From NCBI GenBank assembly GCA_963768175.1, contig CAVYGQ010000001.1, forward strand, positions 190,305 to 254,304: DNA of 64,000 nt. The letters are read 5' to 3'. Both the position numbers and the translations under genes were made by a program. Below the pieces are notes generated by a model. The model saw only the letters and a list, made by a program, of their open reading frames with translations, ran no database searches and was not told the origin of the DNA. The stretch is from Candidatus Doudnabacteria bacterium (GTDB lineage: Bacteria; Patescibacteriota; Doudnabacteria; UBA920). This document shows, piece by piece, positions 9,177 through 17,651 of this stretch (within the stretch, counting starts at the first letter, position 1; each line of letters starts with the position of its first letter).

Positions 9177-10411
9177 ACATCGGATTAGATTTAAGGCTTT
9201 TTGGCTACCAACACGGCGGGATTGGCCGCTATTCTAGGGAGCTTTTCCCCAGGGTTTTGGAATTGGACGGGCAAAATATAGGTCCTTCTGAGGAGGGCAC
9301 TGAGCCTATATTAGCTCCTCGGCTCGGAAACTTATCCGCCGAAGACGGAAAGTTTCGCTCGCCCTACGTCGCGAATAAATATTTTTTGTTTGTAAACCAA
9401 AGGGCCGCTTTAGAGGGAGACTTGGAGGTTTTTAAAGCTTTTGGTAACGCGGAAATTGTAACAACTAAAATCCGCCATTATTCCTTAGGCGAACAGTTGG
9501 GTTTTTACAAAGTTTTGAACAAATATAATTTAGACCTTGTCCATTTCCCCAATTTTAACGTGCCGATTTTGTATAAAAAGCCTTTTGTGGTAACTATTCA
9601 CGATATGGTACACCACAAGATTGGCGGCGCAAAAAAAAGCCATTTTTTGCATTTTGTGGCTTACAAAAAAGTTATCAAAAATGCCGCCCAAAAAGCGCAA
9701 AAAATCATTACGGTTTCCCAGGCCTCAAAAAAAGATATCGCCCGTTTTTTGCAAATCAGCTTCGATAAAATACAGGTCATATATGAAGGCAACTCACTTA
9801 ATCCCGAGATCAGCGGAAGTTTGGCAGAAAAAGTCAAAAAGAGTTATTTGATAACCAGGCCTTACTTTTTATTTGTTGGAATTTTGGAGCGCAAGAAAAA
9901 CTTGGTAAATTTAACCCGTGGGTTTGACTATTTTTTGCAAAAATATAAAGCCGGCATGGATATGGTTGTTGTGGGTAAAAGTGATTCACATTACCCCGAG
10001 ATAAAACACAAAGCTTTAGACATAAAACACTCTGGGCGTTTGGTATTTACCGGAGCCGTAGATGATTGGGAATTGCGGGCTTTGTATAAGGGTGCCTATG
10101 CTTTTGTTTCGGCTTCCCTACACGAGGGTTTTGGCTTACCCGGTGTGGAGGCTTTGGGTTTTGGCTTACCGCTTTTAGTATCAAACATTCCGGTATTCAA
10201 CGAAATTTACGATAACGCGGCAATTTATTTTAACCCATTGGATCCCGAGGACATTGGAGAAAAGATGCACCTGCTAGTGCGCGATCGCCAATTTTATCAA
10301 CAGCTCCAGCAAAAGAGCTTTGAAAGATCATTATTGTTTGATTGGGGAAAAGCGGCATCGGAAACGCTGGAGGTTTACCGCAGATGTTTAAATGCTAAAA
10401 TGTTAATATGA
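9173..10411 (+). CDS. glycosyltransferase family 4
   Basis: HEGFGLPGVEALGFGLPLLVSNIPVFNEIY motif. Confidence 0.75.
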   Translation: MNIGLDLRLFGYQHGGIGRYSRELFPRVLELDGQNIGPSEEGTEPILAPRLGNLSAEDGKFRSPYVANKYFLFVNQRAALEGDLEVFKAFGNAEIVTTKIRHYSLGEQLGFYKVLNKYNLDLVHFPNFNVPILYKKPFVVTIHDMVHHKIGGAKKSHFLHFVAYKKVIKNAAQKAQKIITVSQASKKDIARFLQISFDKIQVIYEGNSLNPEISGSLAEKVKKSYLITRPYFLFVGILERKKNLVNLTRGFDYFLQKYKAGMDMVVVGKSDSHYPEIKHKALDIKHSGRLVFTGAVDDWELRALYKGAYAFVSASLHEGFGLPGVEALGFGLPLLVSNIPVFNEIYDNAAIYFNPLDPEDIGEKMHLLVRDRQFYQQLQQKSFERSLLFDWGKAASETLEVYRRCLNAKMLI

Positions 10412-11502
10412 AGATTTTATTAACCGGCGGTGGTACCGGAGGTACCGTATCACCCCTGCTGGCCATCGCGCAACATATTTTAAAAACTCATCCAAAGGCG
10501 GAGTTTTTGTTGGTAGGCACGAAAAACGGGCCTGAAAAAATGATGGCCAAAAACGCAGGGATAAATTTTATTGCCATAACTTCAGGCAAATGGCGCCGAT
10601 ATTTTTCCTGGAAGAATTTTGCCGCTCCGTTTCAAACGCTTGCGGGGTTTTCCCAAAGCTTTAAGGTTTTAAGGTCATTTCGGCCCGATTGTGTTTTTGG
10701 TACAGGCAGCTTTATCCAGGTGCCGGTTGTTTGGGCGGCCTGGTTTTTAAAAATTCCCGCGGTTTTACATCAACAGGATCTTGCTCCAAGCCTGGCCAAT
10801 AAGCTCTGCGAACTTTGCGCTTCAAAAATTACCGTAACTTTCCCCGAAAGCGCTAAAAATTTTTCCACTGGTTTAGGCATATTTTATAAAAGGCGCTCGG
10901 GCGATAAAATAACGGTAACCGGTAACCCGTTCCGCGAAGAGTTAAGGGCATACGATAAGGCGGCCGCGCAAAAATTTTTTCATCTTAAGGCGGATTTGCC
11001 GACTTTGCTGGTTTTGGGCGGTGGCACCGGCGCGGAATTCCTAAATAATTTAATTTTAGATAGCTTGCCCAACTTGTCCAAAGTAGTCCAGATTATCCAT
11101 TCTACGGGCAAAGAAAAATTTAAGGCTAAAACCGCAGAAAATTACTGTCCTTATGGGTTCATCCAAAACATGGCCCTAGCTTACGCCGCCGCTGATATTG
11201 TCCTTGCCCGCGCTGGACTGTCCACCCTTACGGAATTGTCAAATTTAAAAAAATTAAGTATAATTGTCCCCATGCCGCAAAGCCACCAAGAACTTAACGG
11301 CCTTTTACTAATGCGCCTAGAAGCCGCCATAGTCGTCAGCCAAAAACGGATGACTCCGGAAGGTTTGGTGGGACTTATTAGGAAACTTTTGTTTGCACAA
11401 GAGGCGCAAGATATTTTAAAGCACAATATAGGCAAAATAATGCCCCACGAAGCTAATGAAAAAATCAGCGAGATAATCCTTAAACTGACGGAGAAACCTT
11501 GA
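10408..11502 (+). CDS. murG: undecaprenyldiphospho-muramoylpentapeptide beta-N-acetylglucosaminyltransferase
   Basis: MKILLTGGGTGGTVSPLLAIA G-loop and GT28 C-terminal domain. Confidence 0.85.
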   Translation: MKILLTGGGTGGTVSPLLAIAQHILKTHPKAEFLLVGTKNGPEKMMAKNAGINFIAITSGKWRRYFSWKNFAAPFQTLAGFSQSFKVLRSFRPDCVFGTGSFIQVPVVWAAWFLKIPAVLHQQDLAPSLANKLCELCASKITVTFPESAKNFSTGLGIFYKRRSGDKITVTGNPFREELRAYDKAAAQKFFHLKADLPTLLVLGGGTGAEFLNNLILDSLPNLSKVVQIIHSTGKEKFKAKTAENYCPYGFIQNMALAYAAADIVLARAGLSTLTELSNLKKLSIIVPMPQSHQELNGLLLMRLEAAIVVSQKRMTPEGLVGLIRKLLFAQEAQDILKHNIGKIMPHEANEKISEIILKLTEKP

Positions 11503-12431
11503 TGGAAAAATCAATTAATCCAACTTTAGGTTTGGCATTCAGCGGCAGCGGCAACCGCACTACTTTTTATATCGGATTCTTGGAAGTTTTAAACGAAGCC
11601 GGGATTAAAGTTGATTATATTTCTGCCTGTAGCGGCGGGTCATTGGTTGCCGCCGCTTACGCCTGCGGCGTTTTGCCGGAGATGAAAAAAATGGTTTTGG
11701 AAATGAACTTTAAAGATTTTAAGGCCATAATGACTAAAGATAAGGGCAAGGGTGGGCTGTATAAATTGGATTATTTGGAAGACATCCTAAATGAGAAATT
11801 TACCAAAGGCCGGCGCTTTGATGAAGTTAGGCCGATAATGGTGTTTACGGCGGTGGATATTGAAAACGGGGAGCTGGTGGATTTATGTATGGGTGACATT
11901 GCCCGCGCCGCGAGGATTTCCTGCACCACCCCGGGACTTTTTGAATCTGTAAAATGGGGAAACAGGGTTTTGGTGGACGGCGGAGTTTTATCCGTTGTGC
12001 CGGTACTGAGCTTAAAGAAATTTTCACCTGATATCAGCATAAGCCTGAATTTGGCGCTGACACGAAATATTTTTACTGGCGCGCAAATGAACGCAAAAAA
12101 AATGGTGAATACTTTTAAGAAGTTTCTACTATTTCATGAAATTTCAGAACTGTTAAAAAACTTATGGCCGGAAGGCTACGGGGACAGCTTTGAGCAAAGC
12201 CCAAAGTTATTCAGTGTGCTGGGTAAAAGTTTAGACCTGGCAATTTACGCCAATAAACGTTATCTGGACGATGATGGTTGCGATTTAAAAATAACCCCGG
12301 ATTTTAAAAATTTTAATCGCTTTGATTTAAGCTCAGAAATTATGCAAAAATATTACGAAATCGGCAGGCAGGTCGCGGAAGAAAATTTGCCGAAAATAGA
12401 AGACCTGATAAGAGCGAAATTGTATGCTTAA
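11499..12431 (+). CDS. patatin-like phospholipase
   Basis: GLAFSGSGNRTTFYIGFL oxyanion region, ACSGGS (GxSxG) and VDGGVLS (DGG) catalytic dyad motifs. Confidence 0.8.
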   Translation: MMEKSINPTLGLAFSGSGNRTTFYIGFLEVLNEAGIKVDYISACSGGSLVAAAYACGVLPEMKKMVLEMNFKDFKAIMTKDKGKGGLYKLDYLEDILNEKFTKGRRFDEVRPIMVFTAVDIENGELVDLCMGDIARAARISCTTPGLFESVKWGNRVLVDGGVLSVVPVLSLKKFSPDISISLNLALTRNIFTGAQMNAKKMVNTFKKFLLFHEISELLKNLWPEGYGDSFEQSPKLFSVLGKSLDLAIYANKRYLDDDGCDLKITPDFKNFNRFDLSSEIMQKYYEIGRQVAEENLPKIEDLIRAKLYA

Positions 12432-13884
12432 CGATTTAAAAAATATCTTAAAACCAAACGCCAGCCTTTATTTTGTCGGCATAGGCGGCATTGCCATGTC
12501 CGCAGTTGCCAGTATTGCCAAAAAATCCGGTTTTGAAGTCACTGGGAGCGACAGCAAGGGAGTTTATTCTCCGGCCAAGGATGTTTTGGACAAATCCAAA
12601 ATAAAATATTTTTTGGGCTACAGCCAAGAGCAGGTAAAAGCATCCTACGCGGATTTATTTATATTGTCCGCCGGAGAAACTTTGGAAAATCCGGAAGTTA
12701 AATATATTTACGATAAAGGTTTACCCCATGTCGGTTTCGCCGAGCTGCTTTACCATCTAGCCAAAGGAAAATTGCGGGTGGTTGTGGCCGGTACACACGG
12801 GAAATCCACCACCGCGGGGCTCTTAGGGCATTTATTTAAGAACCAAGACGATAGTTCCTTTATGGTTGGCGCGGTTTTGCAAAATTACCAAACAAATTTT
12901 TATTTAGGCCACGGGCATTATTTTGTTTTTGAAGGCGATGAATACAAAGAAGAATTCGACGACCCCGCACCCAAGTTCCAGTATTACCACCCCGATATTT
13001 TGGTTTTAACAAATTTGGAATACGACCACCCGGATTTATTTCCGGATTTTGAATCATTGGAACAGGAATTTCGCCTTTTAATAGAAAAAATGCCGGAAGA
13101 CGGACTGATTGTTTATAATGCCGACGACGCCGCGCTAACTCGTCTGGTTCTCAAATCAAATATTAGCTCCGTAGGTTATGGTATGGAGAATGGAGCTGTT
13201 TTTAAAGCAGAGCAAATCCAATACGGCGACTTTACGACAATCGAGGTTTTAAATAAATTTTCCAAAAATATTTCCAGCAGCCCGCTTGGCCGAACCGAGC
13301 AATATAAAATCCAATTGCCAGGGGAAATTAACGTTTATAATGCTCTTGCGGCCATAGCCGCTTTGCGATGTTTAGGCTTCACTCAGGAACAAATCGCGCT
13401 GGATTTATTAACTTATCAAGGCGTAAAACGGCGTTTCGAGCTTGTGGGTATAAAAAAGGGCATTACCATAATTGACGATTACGCCCACCATCCGACCGCT
13501 GTTAGGGAAACCTTAGATGCTGCCCGTTTGCGCTTTCCTAAAGCCAAAATTTGGGCTGTATTTGAGCCACATACCTTTAGCCGTACCCAAGCTACTTTGC
13601 CAGAACTTGCCAAATCTTTTGATGCCGCCGCCGAGGTTTTAATATCTGAGATTTATCCCGCCCGCGAAAGCGCCAAGGAAGCAACAATTAATTCACAGAA
13701 AGTGATTAAGGCAATTAAAAACCATAACTCCAAATTCCAAATTCATAATTCAATAAAATTGGTTCAGAATAAAGAACAGGCCTTAAAAATATTGAAAAAT
13801 AATTTAAAAGCAACAGACGTAGTTATAATAATGGCCGTGGGCAGCTTTAACCGTTTAGCCTATGAATTAAAAGAGTCTCTGTGA
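12424..13884 (+). CDS. murC: Mur ligase, MurC/Mpl type (UDP-N-acetylmuramate--L-alanine or tripeptide ligase)
   Basis: YFVGIGGIAMSAVA...VTGSD N-terminal domain; VVAGTHGKSTT P-loop; FEGDEYKEEFDD...LTNLEYDHPDLF is closer to Mpl-type spacing. Confidence 0.75.
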   Translation: MLNDLKNILKPNASLYFVGIGGIAMSAVASIAKKSGFEVTGSDSKGVYSPAKDVLDKSKIKYFLGYSQEQVKASYADLFILSAGETLENPEVKYIYDKGLPHVGFAELLYHLAKGKLRVVVAGTHGKSTTAGLLGHLFKNQDDSSFMVGAVLQNYQTNFYLGHGHYFVFEGDEYKEEFDDPAPKFQYYHPDILVLTNLEYDHPDLFPDFESLEQEFRLLIEKMPEDGLIVYNADDAALTRLVLKSNISSVGYGMENGAVFKAEQIQYGDFTTIEVLNKFSKNISSSPLGRTEQYKIQLPGEINVYNALAAIAALRCLGFTQEQIALDLLTYQGVKRRFELVGIKKGITIIDDYAHHPTAVRETLDAARLRFPKAKIWAVFEPHTFSRTQATLPELAKSFDAAAEVLISEIYPARESAKEATINSQKVIKAIKNHNSKFQIHNSIKLVQNKEQALKILKNNLKATDVVIIMAVGSFNRLAYELKESL

Positions 13885-13885
13885 T

Positions 13886-14941
13886 ATGCAAATTAAGGAA
13901 AATGAACTATTAGCCCCATATACCACATTTAAAATTGGCGGGCCGGCCAGGTGGTTTTGTGTTGCAAAAAATCAATCTGACGTTTTGCAAGCTTTTGAAT
14001 TTGCCAAAGAAAAAGGGATTAAGACTTTTGTTTTGGGGGGTGGCAGCAATATTTTGGTTAGTGATGAAGGATTTGACGGGTTGGTAATAAAGATTGTAAA
14101 CAAAGGCATGGAAATTTTATTGCAAGATAGAAACCAAATATTAATTAAAGTCGCTTCCGGCGAAGTTTGGGACGAAGTAGTAAAATTTGTCGTGGAAAAT
14201 AATTGGTGGGGGATAGAGAATTTGTCCCATATTCCCGGCTCAACCGGTGCTATTGCCGTGCAAAACGTGGGCGCTTACGGACAGGAGGCCAGCCGGGTTA
14301 TTGAATCAGTTATGGCTTTTGACAAAGAAACCCAAAACATCGAAAATTTTAAAAATAGCGGTTGCGGCTTTGGTTATCGGCAAAGCATTTTTAATTCCTC
14401 GAGAAAGGAGAAATATATAATTTTTAATATTACTTTTAGATTGTCTAAGACTGGAAATCCAAATTTAGAATACCGCGATCTGAAAGCAAAATTTGACGGC
14501 AAAAACCCGTCGCTTGGTGAAATTAGACGGGCGATAATTGAAATTCGGGATAAAAAGTTTCCTTTTCCTGTTGAGGCAAAAAACGGCAATGCCGGATCAT
14601 TTTTCAAAAATCCGGTTTTAAATCCTGATGGATATCGGCAGCTGCATGCTAAAGTTACTGCCGAGTTTGGCAAGCGGGCGTCAGATGGCTTGGATAAATG
14701 GAAGTTTGACGATAAAAGACAGGTCAAAGTACCAGCCGCCTATTTAATAGAATTATGCGGCTTAAAGGATATGCAAAGCGGGGGTGCGGCAATAAATAAA
14801 AACCAGCCTTTGGTAATAATCAATCAAACCGGAAAGGCCACCGCCCAAGATGTTTTAAATTTAGCCGACCAAGTCAGGCAAACGGTATTAACAAAGACCG
14901 GAATTGAACTTAGGTTTGAGCCTGAATTGGTTGGGTTTTAG
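13886..14941 (+). CDS. murB: UDP-N-acetylenolpyruvoylglucosamine reductase
   Basis: FKIGGPARWF...FVLGGGSNILVSDEGFDGLVI FAD-binding domain; C-terminal MurB domain. Confidence 0.85.
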   Translation: MQIKENELLAPYTTFKIGGPARWFCVAKNQSDVLQAFEFAKEKGIKTFVLGGGSNILVSDEGFDGLVIKIVNKGMEILLQDRNQILIKVASGEVWDEVVKFVVENNWWGIENLSHIPGSTGAIAVQNVGAYGQEASRVIESVMAFDKETQNIENFKNSGCGFGYRQSIFNSSRKEKYIIFNITFRLSKTGNPNLEYRDLKAKFDGKNPSLGEIRRAIIEIRDKKFPFPVEAKNGNAGSFFKNPVLNPDGYRQLHAKVTAEFGKRASDGLDKWKFDDKRQVKVPAAYLIELCGLKDMQSGGAAINKNQPLVIINQTGKATAQDVLNLADQVRQTVLTKTGIELRFEPELVGF

Positions 14942-14980
14942 AGAGTGGCCTAAAAAATATGATATAATTTAGAAGTAAAA

Positions 14981-15023
14981 GATCTGCGTTTATCCGCGTA
15001 GCAGATCCGCGAGAATATCCGCG
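14981..15023 (+). promoter_or_regulatory. inverted repeat GATCTGC/GCAGATC plus three direct ATCCGCG repeats (12-13 bp spacing) immediately upstream of hpf
   Basis: gatctgcgtttATCCGCGtagcagATCCGCGagaatATCCGCGtttc ATG. Confidence 0.3.
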
Positions 15024-15027
15024 TTTC

Positions 15028-15348
15028 ATGAATATCAATATCAAAGCTACTAACACAACCCTTACGCCTTCAATAAAGAGTTACATTGAAGAAAAATTAG
15101 ATGCGATCGCAAAATTTATCCGGCCGGAAGACAAAATCCGTATAGAGATAGAGGTTGATAAAAAACGCGCCAAGGAGCCGCATTTTAGAGCGGAAATAGA
15201 TATCCAGCCGCGCGGGCATTATGCCCAAGCGCGGGGATTAGATGTTTACGCCGCACTTGACTTGGTAATCCCGAAAATTAAGGAGCAACTAACTCGCCAA
15301 AAAGACAAACAGGTTAGTTTAAGGCGCAGGCGGACCAAGATACATTAA
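15028..15348 (+). CDS. hpf: ribosome hibernation-promoting factor (RaiA/HPF short form)
   Basis: [31 protein letters not shown]... typical HPF N-terminus, ~106 aa. Confidence 0.8.
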   Translation: MNINIKATNTTLTPSIKSYIEEKLDAIAKFIRPEDKIRIEIEVDKKRAKEPHFRAEIDIQPRGHYAQARGLDVYAALDLVIPKIKEQLTRQKDKQVSLRRRRTKIH

Positions 15349-15396
15349 GTTATAATGACCTCCTCCCGGGGCTAAAGCCAGGGGGGTCCTCCTAAA

Positions 15397-15436
15397 CAAA
15401 AAGGGGCATCCTTTTGTAAAAGGATGCCCCTTTTTT
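15397..15436. terminator. bidirectional rho-independent terminator between hpf (+) and trpR-like (-)
   Basis: aaaaaggggcatcc-ttttgtaa-aaggatgcccctttttt. Confidence 0.7.
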
Positions 15437-15449
15437 GCTTTATAATAAC

Positions 15450-15737
15450 CTATTTTGAATAATACTTTTTGAGAACTTTAGCGAATCCGCCGTTTTTATT
15501 CATCATTTCTCTTGAACCCCGCGTTACCGTGGATACGCTGACTTTTAAATTTTTGGCAATATCCCTGTGCGGCACGCCTTTTTGCAGTTGCTTGACTATT
15601 TGCCATCTCACAGCCAGGTCTTTATATTCGGCGGGGGAGAGTAGGTCAAACAACAATTCGTGCATTAAGCCTTTGCTTTTTGCTGATTTTTTAAGCAAAC
15701 CCTCAAGCTCAACGCCGTATTTATGAATATATCGCAT
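15450..15737 (-). CDS. TrpR-like DNA-binding protein (YerC/YecD family)
   Basis: LLSPAEYKDLAVRWQIVKQLQKGVPHRDIAKNLKVSVSTVTRGSREM matches the TrpR/YerC HTH; ~95 aa. Confidence 0.75.
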   Translation of the reverse strand: MRYIHKYGVELEGLLKKSAKSKGLMHELLFDLLSPAEYKDLAVRWQIVKQLQKGVPHRDIAKNLKVSVSTVTRGSREMMNKNGGFAKVLKKYYSK

Positions 15738-15747
15738 AATCGTAGCA

Positions 15748-15767
15748 TTAATGTACTAGTACATTAA
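15748..15767. promoter_or_regulatory. perfect 20-bp palindrome TTAATGTACTAGTACATTAA, TrpR-type operator (GTACTAGTAC core) overlapping the predicted -10 of the trpR-like gene
   Basis: Perfect dyad; core matches the E. coli trp operator half-site arrangement centred on ACTAGT. Confidence 0.55.
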
Positions 15768-15843
15768 CACGTTACAAATTTTGTTTCAAGAGGTTGTGGA
15801 TAACCTAGAATATGATAAAAGTCGCCAAAAAATCAGTGTATTA

Positions 15844-15857
15844 GTGTACTAGTACGC
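15844..15857. promoter_or_regulatory. second TrpR-type operator GTGTACTAGTACGC (13/14 palindromic) abutting the -35 of a plus-strand promoter
   Basis: Same GTACTAGTAC core; 3 bp upstream of TTGACA. Confidence 0.5.
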
Positions 15858-15860
15858 TAG

Positions 15861-15889
15861 TTGACAAAAGATTGGTTTAGGTGTATCAT
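15861..15889 (+). promoter_or_regulatory. sigma-70-like promoter TTGACA-17 bp-TATCAT
   Basis: Consensus -35, 17-bp spacer, near-consensus -10; ATG of leader ORF 7 nt downstream of -10. Confidence 0.5.
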
Positions 15890-15895
15890 TGGGCT

Positions 15896-15952
15896 ATGAA
15901 AGATATAAAGAATCAATTAGACAATGTTTCCTGGTGGAAGGTATTGCCCTAA
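15896..15952 (+). CDS. 18-aa leader-like peptide MKDIKNQLDNVSWWKVLP with tandem Trp codons, followed by overlapping hairpins and a T-tract (attenuator-like)
   Basis: TGG TGG at codons 13-14; downstream gtgcgcctatacgcac and cacctaagg..ccgaaggtg tttttt alternative hairpins. Confidence 0.35.
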   Translation: MKDIKNQLDNVSWWKVLP

Positions 15953-16118
15953 AGCAAAGCCCTAGTTCAGTGCGCCTATACGCACCTAAGGCTTTGCCGA
16001 AGGTGTTTTTTATTTGCACTGACACCGCTTCCTTTGGGCTTGGGCCGCTTTGCCAGCGCAAATACAAAAGGCGGACGGCAAGAGCGCTTGGGTACTCGTC
16101 CGCGAGAAAGAAGGGAAA

Positions 16119-16457
16119 ATGGTACAAGAAACTTTTTTCAGGCTTTTGCTAGAACTCCTTAGCAAATTTCTGAAACAGATCAGGTATAACCAGGAAAGGT
16201 CCAGGTCTGGATGCACAGGTGAAAATACCGCAACAAACTTCGTCGCGGCTCTGGAAAGGCTTGCGGCCGATCATCAGGTGACAGGGATAACTGTATGTGT
16301 AGCGACTGGAGACGGGCAGATTCAGTTTGCAGTTAATCCATACGCTTTCGACCCATTTTGCATACAGGTAGATGCCTGTGGTCTTGCTTTCGCCCAAATC
16401 TTTGACAAGTGCGATGCCCATGTAAGAATGAGAGAAAACAGATCAAGCCTGTTTTGA
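16119..16457 (+). CDS. hypothetical 112-aa protein in GC-rich island (same frame as the next ORF; possible gene fragment)
   Basis: SD gaagggaaa before ATG; GC-rich codon usage unlike host; followed by the palindrome ggcggcggaaatatataaatttccgccgcc. Confidence 0.25.
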   Translation: MVQETFFRLLLELLSKFLKQIRYNQERSRSGCTGENTATNFVAALERLAADHQVTGITVCVATGDGQIQFAVNPYAFDPFCIQVDACGLAFAQIFDKCDAHVRMRENRSSLF

Positions 16458-16640
16458 AATGGCAAGGTCTTGGCGGCGGAAATATATAAATTTCCGCCGC
16501 CAGAAAATAATTTAATTAGCTTTGTTCTGGTGATTGTTTGTTGATAAAAAATGCGGCCGCATTTTATACTAACAGCCACCAGCACAAATTCCAAGTTGGG
16601 GTACAAGCGGCTGGGCTTGCCCAAACAGACCGGAGGGTCT

Positions 16641-16907
16641 ATGTCAACACAATCGTGGTTTCATGCGACTTTTAGCGTTAGAGAAAAACTCGGCCCCGCC
16701 CCAGAAGGGGCAGATGGCTGGGTCAGCAATATCGTGGACGGGGTTCTGCATCTGGTATTGAGCTACCAAGGTGGAAACGTAGGCACAAGGCACTTTGGCC
16801 GGATCCTAGCGACTCAAGCGGACAAGTTTCTTGATCGTAACGGCCAATCCGACAACGACCCCTTCCTTCCCGCTGGAGGCGGTTTTCAGCCTCAGGGGGG
16901 ATTCTGA
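16641..16907 (+). CDS. hypothetical 88-aa protein in GC-rich island
   Basis: SD ggaggg 4 nt before ATG; followed by the hairpin ggaggcgaaatacattttcgcctcc. Confidence 0.25.
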   Translation: MSTQSWFHATFSVREKLGPAPEGADGWVSNIVDGVLHLVLSYQGGNVGTRHFGRILATQADKFLDRNGQSDNDPFLPAGGGFQPQGGF

Positions 16908-17272
16908 AACACCGTTGGCCGGCTGTCGCAAAACCATGGCAGTGGCTTTTCCGCCCACAACGGGCAGCGTTGCCACCTGCCACAACCCGGGAGGCGAAAT
17001 ACATTTTCGCCTCCTCCCACCTACTTGACAATCTTTATCAATTTGCTAAAATAATATAAATGATTAAATTAACACAAAATTTCTGGTTTTATTTTACGCC
17101 GGGCGTTGAGCTTGGAAATTTTGAGTTGATTAACGATGATTTAAAACCTTAAAGTACTTGGATACATATCAACTTAAGACTCCCGATCTCGACGCGAGAC
17201 GGGATTTTTTGTTTGTCCACGCGAGTGTTTGCGGACAAACCGGCATCAATATCTGATAGGGGGATATCATAA

Positions 17273-17467
17273 ATGGCAAACTGCAAATGCGGAGCCGAAC
17301 GTGAACCAAGTGGGGTCTGCTCAGACCCCAAATGTTATCTGGATTGCCCACCTTTCCCTCTGGCTGAAACTTTGAGGCCGAAGGAGGCGGGGTTCAGAGT
17401 CACAGACGAAACCATGCTTGCTGCTTGGCTTGCCGCAACAAAAGAGAATCAAGTCTGGCCAAAATAG
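17273..17467 (+). CDS. hypothetical 64-aa Cys-rich protein (CKCG...GVCSDPKCYLDCPP)
   Basis: Strong SD tagggggatatcataa-ATG; six Cys in the first 26 residues; preceded by hairpin + T-tract at 17172-17205. Confidence 0.3.
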   Translation: MANCKCGAEREPSGVCSDPKCYLDCPPFPLAETLRPKEAGFRVTDETMLAAWLAATKENQVWPK

Positions 17468-17651
17468 AGCATCGGCGGGGAGAAAGGTACGAAAGACATC
17501 AACCCTCATACCACTCCCCGCAACAACCCTATTTTTCGTCCAAAAAGGGCTTTTTTATTTTGCCTAACTCTGTTATAATAAATACTAATGACAAAAATTT
17601 AAAAAATAATAAAAATGACAAAAATATTGAATCCGCCATTTTTGTTCAATT

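Noticed and set aside
9621-9851. Lys-rich 76-aa ORF (KKRKKSLRFPRPQKK) inside the third GT4 gene
   Set aside because: Alternative frame of an A-rich stretch of a well-supported glycosyltransferase gene. No independent signals.
15889-17540. Searched the GC-rich ORF-poor island for tmRNA (GGGG...UUCGAC 5' end, ...CCGCCUCCACCA 3' end, ANDENYALAA-type tag), SRP RNA domain IV (AGGUCCGGAAGGAAGCAGC) and group II intron domain V
   Set aside because: Only weak partial resemblances, no consistent fold or motif set on either strand. Left as unknown rather than called.
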